DNA of 64,000 nt from Candidatus Latescibacterota bacterium. GTDB lineage: Bacteria > Latescibacterota > UBA2968 > UBA8231. Both the position numbers and the translations under genes were made by a program. The notes under the pieces are model-generated. The model saw only the letters and a program-made list of their open reading frames with translations. It was not told the origin of the DNA and searched no databases. Shown in pieces: positions 1 through 8,634 of this stretch. The stretch covers positions 2,400,001 through 2,464,000 of the forward strand of contig CBDCDC010000002.1 of the NCBI GenBank assembly GCA_965215195.1, read 5' to 3'. Positions within the stretch are counted from its first letter, which is position 1, and the number at the start of each line of letters is the position of its first letter.

Positions 1-18
1 TTTTACCCGGAGCATGTC

Positions 19-1020
19 ATGGGCCTAAGCACTGCCGAACGCCAGCAATTCTACGACCTCGGCTACGTAGTCAAAGCAGACATCTACTCTCAAGCCGATC
101 TGCAACCTCTCAAAGACGGGCTCACCGCCGTCATTGACCAGACGTGTGCCGCCTTGCAAAAGGAAGGCCTACTCGGCGCGGAGACCTTTGTGACCGAACC
201 TTTTCAAACTCGGCTCGGCGCCCTTTTCAAAGCCAACGTCGCAGTCGGCGAGCGCGTGACTCAAGCGATCATGGGGCGCGGTGGCGGCGGCTTCAAAGAA
301 CGGGCCATTCTCGACTTTTTGCGCCATCCGCCGCTCGTCTCCTGCATCGAAAGCCTCGTCGGCCCGGACATCATTGGCTCGTCCGTGTACCGCATCCGCC
401 CCAAGGCCCCCGGCTACTCGCGCGGGGCCGTGCCTTGGCACCAAGACTCGGGTTATTTCATGCCCCACTGCGACCGGAGCTTGATCGTGACTTGCTGGAT
501 TCCCCTCGTCGATGCCACCGTTGAAAACGGCTGTTTGTACGTCATCCCTCAAGCGCACCGCAGCGGCGTCTATCGCCACTACACCGGCGGGCAAGGCGGG
601 TATCTCGAAATCGCCGGCGAAGACTTGCCGGCCCCCGAGCCTGTGGCCTGCCCAATGCGCGCCGGCTCGGTGCTCTTTATGACCAATCTCACCCCGCACG
701 CCTCCTTTGAGAACAACACCGACATCGTCCGCTGGAGCGTTGATCTGCGCTACCAAGACGCGGTCGTTCCGAACAACATTGACGAAGATCCCAAAGACTT
801 TGAGCCGGAACGCGACCCGGTCACCATGGCCTGCTTACCTACGGAAGGCGATTTTGTCATCAAAGACGCGCAAAACCCAGAGCGCGAAGTCACCGACATC
901 GCCGAATTCAAGGAAATCCGCACCCGCTACGAACGGACTCCTGTACACAAGCCCGGCCGCGGCTGGACCCCTTTTGCCGAGCGCGAAACCACAACTTTGC
1001 AAGGGAGGACGACTTCGTGA
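19..1020 (+). CDS. Phytanoyl-CoA dioxygenase (PhyH) family Fe(II)/2OG oxygenase
   Basis: N-terminal 'QFYDLGYVV', HxD motif WHQD, 'CWIPLVDATVENGCL..IP..H', distal His in PHASF, then RWSVDLRY. Confidence 0.9.
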   Translation: MGLSTAERQQFYDLGYVVKADIYSQADLQPLKDGLTAVIDQTCAALQKEGLLGAETFVTEPFQTRLGALFKANVAVGERVTQAIMGRGGGGFKERAILDFLRHPPLVSCIESLVGPDIIGSSVYRIRPKAPGYSRGAVPWHQDSGYFMPHCDRSLIVTCWIPLVDATVENGCLYVIPQAHRSGVYRHYTGGQGGYLEIAGEDLPAPEPVACPMRAGSVLFMTNLTPHASFENNTDIVRWSVDLRYQDAVVPNNIDEDPKDFEPERDPVTMACLPTEGDFVIKDAQNPEREVTDIAEFKEIRTRYERTPVHKPGRGWTPFAERETTTLQGRTTS

Positions 1021-1463
1021 GCAACAACTACTCGGAAAGCGGCTTTCGGGAGAAACTGCTCGATTACGCGATTAATTACGTGATTAGCAACTTTCGGGAG
1101 AAACCGGAAAGCGGCTTTTGGGAGAAACTGCGCGATTACGCGATTAGCGGCTTTTGGGAGAAACTGCGCGATTACGCGATTGTCGCCGGGCGCGAAGTGG
1201 TCGAGAGAGCCCTTATGTTGTACTACGCAGCGCAAGCACCGGAAACGCCGATGGAGGCGAAAACGGTCATTTACGGCGCCCTCGCCTATTTTATTTTACC
1301 CGCCGATCTCGTCTCCGACTTCATCCCAGTAGCCGGGTATGTAGACGATCTGGGCGTACTGTTCAAGGCACTCGCGACGGTCGCCGCGTACATTACCCCG
1401 GAAATTGAAGAGAAAGCCAAGCGGAAAGCGGCCGAGTGGTTCGGCGACACGGGTCGTGTTTAG
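1017..1463 (+). CDS. YkvA/DUF1232 family membrane protein with N-terminal repeats
   Basis: 'GALAYFILPADLVSDFIPVAGYVDDL' signature; GTGA overlap with upstream stop. Confidence 0.85.
   Translation: MSNNYSESGFREKLLDYAINYVISNFREKPESGFWEKLRDYAISGFWEKLRDYAIVAGREVVERALMLYYAAQAPETPMEAKTVIYGALAYFILPADLVSDFIPVAGYVDDLGVLFKALATVAAYITPEIEEKAKRKAAEWFGDTGRV
1039..1181 (+). repeat. Imperfect repeats inside the YkvA-like gene (SGFWEKLRDYAI units)
   Basis: gcggctttygggagaaactgc..gattacgcgatt occurs three times, plus a partial copy. Confidence 0.85.
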
Positions 1464-1477
1464 CGGTAGCGTCCTTT

Positions 1478-2068
1478 ATGAACTTCACCCACTGGATTTT
1501 TGATCTCGATAACACCCTCGCCGATAGCGCCATTGATTTCGGCGCTATGCGCCAGCAGTTGGGCCTGCCTTTGGGCAAGGACATGCTCGAAGAAATTGAC
1601 GCCCGCCCGGCGGCCCAAGCGGCCGCGCTCAGACGCCGCCTTGCCGCGCTCGAACGCGAGTACGCGCTCCGCGCCCAACCCTTACCCGGCGTCCACGCGC
1701 TGCTGACCTCACTGGCCCAACGCAATGCTCGCCTCGGCATCCTCACCCGCAACAACCACGCCAATGCGTTGCAGACGCTCGCTGTCTGCGACCTCGCCGA
1801 ATTCTTCGATCCCGCCCACGTCTTGGGCCGCGACGAGGCCGCCCCCAAGCCCGACCCCGATGGCATCCGCAAGCTGCTCGCCGCTTGGGGTGCTGCGCCG
1901 GCAACCGCTGTGATGGTCGGCGACTTCCGCTACGACCTAGAGGCCGGCCGCCGCGCCGCGGTCACCACCATTTACTACGACGCTTCAGGGCAGGACCTCT
2001 GGACAGCTGAAGCTGACTTCCGCGTCCAAAGCCACGCCGAGCTACTTGCGCTGTGTTGTGCGGGATAA
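1478..2068 (+). CDS. HAD-superfamily hydrolase (phosphoglycolate phosphatase-like)
   Basis: FDLDNTL motif I, LTRN, KPDP, MVGDFRYD; ATG at 1478. Confidence 0.9.
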   Translation: MNFTHWIFDLDNTLADSAIDFGAMRQQLGLPLGKDMLEEIDARPAAQAAALRRRLAALEREYALRAQPLPGVHALLTSLAQRNARLGILTRNNHANALQTLAVCDLAEFFDPAHVLGRDEAAPKPDPDGIRKLLAAWGAAPATAVMVGDFRYDLEAGRRAAVTTIYYDASGQDLWTAEADFRVQSHAELLALCCAG

Positions 2069-2109
2069 CGGACGTTACGCACTTTTCGGTTGCCGGGGGA
2101 ACAACCCGA

Positions 2110-2250
2110 TCCGCAGATGACGCAGAACCGCTGGTGGGTCGCCGCGAAAACGACGCCTCTGCGTTCATCGGCGGCGTAACAGCGCGGGCTTACTACACGC
2201 CACCAGCCCTCAGCCGGCCAAGGATCGAGGGCATCTGGCCCGCGATCCCG
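2110..2250. repeat. Intergenic REP-like palindromes
   Basis: ccgcagatgacgcaga ... tctgcgttcatcggcgg inverted pair; ggatcgagggc..gcccgcgatcc hairpin related to copies near 7989, 40065 and 42267. Confidence 0.55.
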
Positions 2251-2381
2251 CACCCAGCGGAAACAGCAGAAAAGGCGTACTCAAAGTAAGGGGCGCCTAC
2301 TTTAGGGGTCGGGTACTAAGCAGCGCGGGATACGTTAAATACGATGCGACGATACCCCCCATTTGCCGCTAACGAAGAGAG

Positions 2382-4694
2382 TTGACCATGTTCGCTACCC
2401 TCGCCAAGCCCCAACTCGGCTGGCTGCGCCGCTCCGCTTTTTGCGCCTTTCTACTCTCGATAGGGGCCGGGCCGTTGCTGGGGCAAGCTGCATTCATCAA
2501 TGAAATTCACTACGACAACAGCGGCGAGGATACCGGCGAAGCCATTGAGATCGCCGGGCCGGCTGGGACCGATCTTTCTGGCTGGGTCCTTGCGCTCTAC
2601 AACGGGAGGAATGGCGCGTTATACCATACCGAGCCTTTGAGCGGCATCATACCGAATCAGGCCAATGGGTTCGGCGCGAGCACCTTCAGCTTTGCAAAAA
2701 GCATCCAGAACGGGGGGGCCGATGGGATCGCCCTAGTCGCCAACGGCAAGGGTTACGAAGGAACCTTCACGGCGGCCGGTGGACCCGCTGACGGCATGAC
2801 CAGCACTGACATCCGGGTTGCCGAATCCGGCTCCACGCCAGTGGAATTTTCCCTGCAACTCAAAGGCACCGGCACTGGGTCGGGTGATTTTTTTTGGGGC
2901 ATACCAACCCAATCTAGCTTTGGTGCCGTAAATGCCGAACAGGTCTTCGGCACAGACGCGGCAAGTGCGGCCCACGTCGCGTCTCCCCGGCTGCTCAGCA
3001 TCTGCGAAATTCAGGGGGCTGGCCACACCTCGCCGTATAAGGACGAGCAAGTCTCGACGCGGGGCATGGTAACGGCTGTCGCTCGCAATGGCTTCTATTT
3101 CCAAGACCCAACCGGAGACGGCGATGAGCGCACGTCCGACGGGATGTTCGTCTATACCAAAAAGGCCCCCAAGGTCTCGGTCGGCGACGAGGTCCAGGTG
3201 ACCGGCCCGGTGATCGAATACATTCCCGGCAGCGCGACTACCAACAATCTGTCGATAACCGAATTCTCCCAGCCCGACCGCATTCAGATTGTGTCAACCA
3301 ACAACCCGGTGCTGGCGCCGGTGATCCTTGGCGCGGCCGGCCGCCAGCCGCCGACAAGGGCAATCGACGACGACCGCTTCGCCGTTTTCGACCCAGCCGA
3401 GGACGGCATTGACTTTTACGAGTCGCTGGAGGGAATGCTAGTGGAGGTGCCAGACGCGGTCGCCATTAGTCCGACCAACCGCTTTGGCGAGATCGTCGTC
3501 CTCGCCAACGCGGGTGCCGGGCAGCCGCTCAACTCGCGCGGCGGGTTGAATCTGACGCCGCATACCCTGCATCCGCAGCGCATCCAGCTCGACGACAGCC
3601 TCCTACCCGGCGACATGCCGGCAGCGCAGGTCGGCGATGCCCTCGGGGATGTGCGCGGCCCGCTTGGCTACCGCTTTGGCAACTTTGAGGTGCTCGTCCT
3701 GACCGAGCCGGTGGTAGAGAGCGCTGGCTTGGAGCCGGAAACGACTACCCTCGTGGGCACGGCCCAGCATCTGACGGTGGGCAGTTTCAACGTGTTCAAT
3801 CTCGATCCCAATGACCGCGACAAAAGTGCGGACCTAGCGGACGGTCAATTCGCGGCCATTGCCGACCAAATCGTCCATCGCCTGCGTTCACCGGATGTGC
3901 TGGCCTTGCAGGAAGTGCAGGACAACAGTGGCGGGGTCAACGACGGCACCACTTCAGCGGACCAGACGGCGTCCGCGCTCATTGCCGCCATTGTTGCGGC
4001 CGGTGGCCCCAAGTATGCGTACGCTGATGTCGCGCCCCCAGATGGGGCCGACGGCGGCCAGCCGGGCGGCAATATCCGCGTTGCGTACCTGTACCAGCCC
4101 GATCGGGTGGCCCTAATTGGTGCGGTGGAACGCCTTGAAGACACCGATGGCGACGATGCCTTCCGCCGCAGCCGCAAACCGCTCAAGGCCGCGTTCGATT
4201 TCAAGGGAACCAAGCTGACGGTGATCAACTGCCACTTCTCGTCCAAGTTTGGCAGCCCACCCCTGTTCGGCCGAATCCAGCCGCCGACCAATGGCGGGCT
4301 TGCCAAGCGCCTCGCCCAAGCCGCGTTCATCCACGACCTCGTCGCCGAGCTGCTGGCCGCCGATCCCAACGCCAACATCGTCGTGCTCGGGGATTTCAAC
4401 GAGTGCTCGTTTCCGCTCGCCCCAGTACAACCGCCGCCGGGCCATGTCCTGCAAACGCTGGCCGGCACTCGGCCGATTCTCTTCAATCTCGGCGACGCAG
4501 TGGATGGGGATTTGGCCTATTCCTACAACTTTCAGGGAATTTCCCAGCCGCTCGATCACCTGCTGGTCAGTTCGGCCCTGCTCGCGCTCCAGCCCGAGTT
4601 CGACTATGTCCACGTCAACACCGAGTTCCCCAACCAAGCCAGCGACCACGACCCCATCCTCGCGCGGTTGCTGCTTTGCGATCGCCCAGACTAG
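2382..4694 (+). CDS. Secreted endonuclease/exonuclease/phosphatase-family nuclease (ExeM/NucH-like: lamin-tail-like + OB-fold + EEP)
   Basis: Signal-like N-terminus, FINEIHYDN, 'EIQG', SFNVFNL, ALQEVQD, LGDFN, LDHLL, SDHDP. Confidence 0.88.
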   Translation: MTMFATLAKPQLGWLRRSAFCAFLLSIGAGPLLGQAAFINEIHYDNSGEDTGEAIEIAGPAGTDLSGWVLALYNGRNGALYHTEPLSGIIPNQANGFGASTFSFAKSIQNGGADGIALVANGKGYEGTFTAAGGPADGMTSTDIRVAESGSTPVEFSLQLKGTGTGSGDFFWGIPTQSSFGAVNAEQVFGTDAASAAHVASPRLLSICEIQGAGHTSPYKDEQVSTRGMVTAVARNGFYFQDPTGDGDERTSDGMFVYTKKAPKVSVGDEVQVTGPVIEYIPGSATTNNLSITEFSQPDRIQIVSTNNPVLAPVILGAAGRQPPTRAIDDDRFAVFDPAEDGIDFYESLEGMLVEVPDAVAISPTNRFGEIVVLANAGAGQPLNSRGGLNLTPHTLHPQRIQLDDSLLPGDMPAAQVGDALGDVRGPLGYRFGNFEVLVLTEPVVESAGLEPETTTLVGTAQHLTVGSFNVFNLDPNDRDKSADLADGQFAAIADQIVHRLRSPDVLALQEVQDNSGGVNDGTTSADQTASALIAAIVAAGGPKYAYADVAPPDGADGGQPGGNIRVAYLYQPDRVALIGAVERLEDTDGDDAFRRSRKPLKAAFDFKGTKLTVINCHFSSKFGSPPLFGRIQPPTNGGLAKRLAQAAFIHDLVAELLAADPNANIVVLGDFNECSFPLAPVQPPPGHVLQTLAGTRPILFNLGDAVDGDLAYSYNFQGISQPLDHLLVSSALLALQPEFDYVHVNTEFPNQASDHDPILARLLLCDRPD

Positions 4695-5074
4695 GAACCC
4701 CGCCGACCACCCTTGCTGAAAAGCCGCCGCTGGGAGTTGGTGTTGCGCTGGTCGCCGCGAGGTGAGAAAAAGCTACTGCGCTGCTGGTCCGGGCGGTTGC
4801 CGCCCCTGCCCGCCCCGCGCCCGGCCTTATCCTTGCGCTCGTGCGCCTCGCTGAGGTGCAGCTTCTGTCCCTCAAATTCCTTGTCGTTGAGATGGGCAAT
4901 GGCCTCTTCGCCTTCGTGCCGGGTGGCCATCTCCACGTAGCCGAAGCCGCGCGAGGTGCCGCTTTTCTTGTCTCGGGCGATGGTGGCGGCCACGACCTTC
5001 CCGTATGGTTGGAAGAGCTGGATCAGCGCCTCCTTTTTGGTCGTCTTTGCCAAATTGCCTACGTGTATGTTCAC
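4691..5074 (-). CDS. RRM RNA-binding protein with basic/Gly-rich tail
   Basis: RNP2 IHVGNL and RNP1 RGFGYVEM; GTG start after AAGGAG. Confidence 0.9.
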   Translation of the reverse strand: MNIHVGNLAKTTKKEALIQLFQPYGKVVAATIARDKKSGTSRGFGYVEMATRHEGEEAIAHLNDKEFEGQKLHLSEAHERKDKAGRGAGRGGNRPDQQRSSFFSPRGDQRNTNSQRRLFSKGGRRGS

Positions 5075-5309
5075 AGTGTACTCCTTTCGCTGGCGCGGAT
5101 TGTTTTCCTTTGCGCGTCTGATTTGGATGCCGGTCAGCGCCCGTATCTCCTCGTCGAGTTTCGCAAGTCGTTTAATTTTTCGCAAATTCCTCGTGCGTCA
5201 TCCCCGCACTCAATAGCTCTAAGATCGTCTCGACGGGATACCGCAGGCCGCGAATGCAGGTAGTGTCGTGTACTAAGGCGACGTACATAATAGTGTATTT
5301 CTTTTACCG

Positions 5310-5460
5310 CTGCATCCGCGTCTTTCCGTACCAATCCATCATCCGCTCCACCATCTTTCCCCGCATGAGCCGGATCGTCGTACAGGTTGTACAACTCGTC
5401 TGGGTCCTCTTCTAAGCGATACAACTCCCCGTGTGGTAGCCGCCATCCTTGAGCTGCGCG
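5310..5460 (-). pseudogene. Sulfatase remnant with large internal deletion
   Basis: AQLKDGGYHTG (N-terminal sulfatase-like motif) lies directly next to ELYRLEEDPDELYNLYDDPAH (C-terminal sulfatase motif). Confidence 0.6.
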
Positions 5461-6300
5461 TTATTCTCGGTCTTGTTCATGCTTCTCAACGGCCTTTTCC
5501 AATTCGGGCAGCAACATGTTTTTGACCCAACTAAAATCTGGATTGATTGCAAGCGCCTTTTCAAAGGCGGCTCGCGCTAGCGATAGCTCGCCTCGGTCTT
5601 GGTAAGCGAGGCCGAGCCAAGCGTAGGTGCGGCTGTGTCCCCATGCGGGATGGATGGGATCGGCTGGCTCTTCTTGGGCGAAAAGTTCGGCGGCGCGCTG
5701 GAATCCTTGCAGGCCCTTTTCTTTGCTGCCACCAAACATTCCGGGGGTATTAAAGTCGCGGATGGCCGTGCATAGCACGACGCGCGGATTGTCGGGTGCG
5801 AGCTGCGTCGCTTTTTTTAGGGCCTGCTCTGCTCTGCGCCCCAAGACCATGCCCTTGACCGGGTTGAGGCCGATCTGTCGTCCGTACGCGCTCGCTAGCA
5901 GGGCATAGGCCTCGGCCGCTTGCGGATTGATCTCGGTAGCCTTTTGCAAATGATTGACCGTGGTTTTGAGGTGCTCAGAAGCCGCGCCTTTGTTTTCCTC
6001 GCCCGCGGCCAACAGGTGATCGGCGATGCGGTAACCGGCTAAGGCAATGTAGTAGTGGCTCCACGCGGCCAAGGCGGTGTCGGTCGAGGTGCGCTCAAAC
6101 GTGGCTTTAGCCGCGTACATCGCGTCGAGAGAGCCTTCTCGCAGCATCTGTTTGCCGCTGATGAGCAGGCTGTCGGCGGAGCTTCCCGTCGCCAGCATTG
6201 GCGACGCTTGTGCGCGGGCGAAAGCGGCGAGCGAAAAGGCGAAAGCAAGTGCAAGCCACAGCGTAGTGGCGACCAGCCGGTCACCCCTAGGGATCGGCAT
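5461..6300 (-). CDS. Secreted TPR-repeat protein
   Basis: Signal peptide; TPR-like 'ATEINPQAAEAYALLASAY', 'AWLGLAY...ARAAFEKALAINPDF'. Confidence 0.8.
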   Translation of the reverse strand: MPIPRGDRLVATTLWLALAFAFSLAAFARAQASPMLATGSSADSLLISGKQMLREGSLDAMYAAKATFERTSTDTALAAWSHYYIALAGYRIADHLLAAGEENKGAASEHLKTTVNHLQKATEINPQAAEAYALLASAYGRQIGLNPVKGMVLGRRAEQALKKATQLAPDNPRVVLCTAIRDFNTPGMFGGSKEKGLQGFQRAAELFAQEEPADPIHPAWGHSRTYAWLGLAYQDRGELSLARAAFEKALAINPDFSWVKNMLLPELEKAVEKHEQDRE

Positions 6301-6308
6301 CGCGCTTC

Positions 6309-7886
6309 TCACATCCCCCAAACATCGATCTCAACCCCCTTGCTCGCCGCCCGCCGACAATAGAAAATTTTGTCCTCCCAACGCCGACCAACGCGTCGAT
6401 CAAAAACCACCAAATGACCCGCCACTGCCGCACACCGATCCATATAGCCCGCGGTCTGTTCCAACCCCTCGGCGACGGTCTGCTCCAAGCTCTTGTGCAG
6501 CACTTTGCACTCGACCACGACCTTGTGCGTCTCCTCGCCCTGCGGCCACGCGATCAGCAGATCCGTCCGACCCCGACCCAAGCCATACTCCCGCTCAATC
6601 CGACCACCGCTGTTGACAATCCGCTGCAAAAAAGCCTGCAACAGCAACTGCGGGCCGGCCTCTTGGTATTGGAACCGCGCCACCCAATGCTCGGAGTGCT
6701 CGCGGAAAAACGTCTGAAACGCCCTCAGCAACTTGCTCACTTCCAAGCCGCCCTCGGCATCCACATACCACGCCGTCTCCTGCTCAAATTCCTCCTGAAC
6801 AACCCACGTCAATTCGCGGGGCACCACCTCGGCGTAAATCGGATTGGCCACCCGCAACGGACGACTTTGCGCCACTAGCCCCAAGTCGCGGACATACTCG
6901 AGATCGTGCGTGGAGAACGTGCGCTCGTCAGCCCCGCTCAACAGCGGCTCGACCACCCGCTGCACCCGCTCCTCTTGCAGCTTGTCGGCCAACTGATCCA
7001 GATGCGTCTCCCGCCGCAGAATGAGCTGTTCTTGCGCGTGGCGGATAGCCTCGGCCGCAATTGGAAGGCGGCGGTCGGCCGCAGCTTCCCCATAGGAGCA
7101 CGTCTCGTCGGCTAAGGCGTTGACCAGCCACGGCTGCCCTTGCGTCTGGGCCCAGATCACCTCCAATGCTTCGTCCGTAAACACCTGTCCCGTTTCTTCC
7201 GTGTGCTGCCCCAGCAGAGCAAACACCTCGTCCTGCGTAAAGTCGCCCAAGCGCAACGACCGCGCCTTGATGTTGAACGCACTACCGCCGGCAATAATCG
7301 CGTTTTCTGCGGTCGATTGGATGCGGTAGTCGCGCACATCGCGCACCCCGCACAATACCACGCTCTGCGGAAACCCCTCCGGCCGCCGCACATAGCCCGC
7401 TCGCAACTGACGCAACACCGCCAGCAGCGAGTCGCCAATCAGCGCGTCGATTTCGTCGATCAGCAGCACCAGCGGCCCGGCAGACGCCTGCGACCAGCGC
7501 GTCAACGCCTCATCCAAGGCCCCGTGTGGACCGTATTTCGCCAAGACGTCAGGCCAAACCGAGTCGAGAAACTCGTCGCCGAGCGTCATGCGCGCCCAAG
7601 AGGCCAGCGCCCCCAAAATGGTGCGCATCACCTGCTCCACGTCTTCGCGCCCGGTCTGCCCCCCTTCTACGTTGACGTACACGCAGCGGTAGCGGCCCTC
7701 GCCGTTGAGCAGGTCGCGCAACGCTAGCAACGCTGACGTCTTGCCCGTCTGACGAGGCGCGTGTAGAGCGAAATAACGCTTGTCGCGGATGAGGCGGAGA
7801 ACCTCAGTGAGATTGAGCCGGTCCAACGGTGGAATGCAATAGTGATCCGCCGCGACCACTGGCCCCGTCGTGTTAAAAAAACGCAT
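6309..7886 (-). CDS. AAA-like ATPase with C-terminal PD-(D/E)xK-like domain (paralog 1)
   Basis: FNTTGP start, Walker A APRQTGKTS, Walker B LLIDEID, C-terminal GRTDLLI...VVECK. Confidence 0.85.
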   Translation of the reverse strand: MRFFNTTGPVVAADHYCIPPLDRLNLTEVLRLIRDKRYFALHAPRQTGKTSALLALRDLLNGEGRYRCVYVNVEGGQTGREDVEQVMRTILGALASWARMTLGDEFLDSVWPDVLAKYGPHGALDEALTRWSQASAGPLVLLIDEIDALIGDSLLAVLRQLRAGYVRRPEGFPQSVVLCGVRDVRDYRIQSTAENAIIAGGSAFNIKARSLRLGDFTQDEVFALLGQHTEETGQVFTDEALEVIWAQTQGQPWLVNALADETCSYGEAAADRRLPIAAEAIRHAQEQLILRRETHLDQLADKLQEERVQRVVEPLLSGADERTFSTHDLEYVRDLGLVAQSRPLRVANPIYAEVVPRELTWVVQEEFEQETAWYVDAEGGLEVSKLLRAFQTFFREHSEHWVARFQYQEAGPQLLLQAFLQRIVNSGGRIEREYGLGRGRTDLLIAWPQGEETHKVVVECKVLHKSLEQTVAEGLEQTAGYMDRCAAVAGHLVVFDRRVGRRWEDKIFYCRRAASKGVEIDVWGM

Positions 7887-8045
7887 GGCCGAATCTCCTC
7901 GTCCGAATCAGCAAGGGTGGAGTGTGGGAAGGTACAGGATACGTTCAAGCATTAACATCTATGAGGTAATACCCTAAGCCTTAACCTCGGATCGAGGGCC
8001 GGACGCTCTCGATCCCGGACTCATCGCCCATCAACGACAAGTTAC

Positions 8046-8290
8046 TGGTATCGTGTAGTTAGGGTAATACCTTAGTACACGGCACTAAAATTTCCGCCGG
8101 GTGCGCGGGCAGCCTGCCCGCCAACAGGGGCTATGGTTTATCAAGTTTATCAAGTTTTATGGCTATATAAATCAATAAAATTAATAATATAATTAAAAAA
8201 TTGATAACGCATTCAAGGGCATCCTACCATCGAGCACTAATGTACCCACAGGAGGGGTCGTGTACTTAGGGGTAATACCTTAATTGACGC
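8046..8290. repeat. Short palindromic IS-end-like (MITE-like) elements around an AT-rich tract
   Basis: tcgtgtagttagggtaataccttagtacacg (8051) and tcgtgtacttaggggtaatacctta (8258); related end at 5261-5278. Confidence 0.5.
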
Positions 8291-8296
8291 TTGCGT

Positions 8297-8614
8297 TTAC
8301 TTAGAGGCTCGAGCCGCGCCGCAGCTCCAACAGTCTGTAAACGCTCCCGGGCACTCCTCGCCACACGCAGCGCAGGTCCACGGTTCTTCGCCTCCCACAG
8401 CCGTTGCAAGCAGGGTGTCGATGTGCGACTTCGCGGCCGCGGCCTGTCTGTCGTCCAAGACCCACAACTCCGGCCAGCACTCAATCGGGGGCAGTTCGCC
8501 CACGCCGCCGAGCAGGTGCTGACCGCGCAAAACGCATTCAATGCCCTGCGCGGCCAGCGCGTTTTTGAGGTGGCTGAGCATGGCCAAATCTTGGGTAGTA
8601 TAAACTCGTTCCAT
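8297..8614 (-). CDS. DUF2007-like protein with C-terminal zinc ribbon
   Basis: 'LKNALAAQGIEC...GELPP', WTCAAC...FTDCWSCG. Confidence 0.8.
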   Translation of the reverse strand: MERVYTTQDLAMLSHLKNALAAQGIECVLRGQHLLGGVGELPPIECWPELWVLDDRQAAAAKSHIDTLLATAVGGEEPWTCAACGEECPGAFTDCWSCGAARASK

Positions 8615-8634
8615 CGTCTGTTTCTCCTTCAGCG

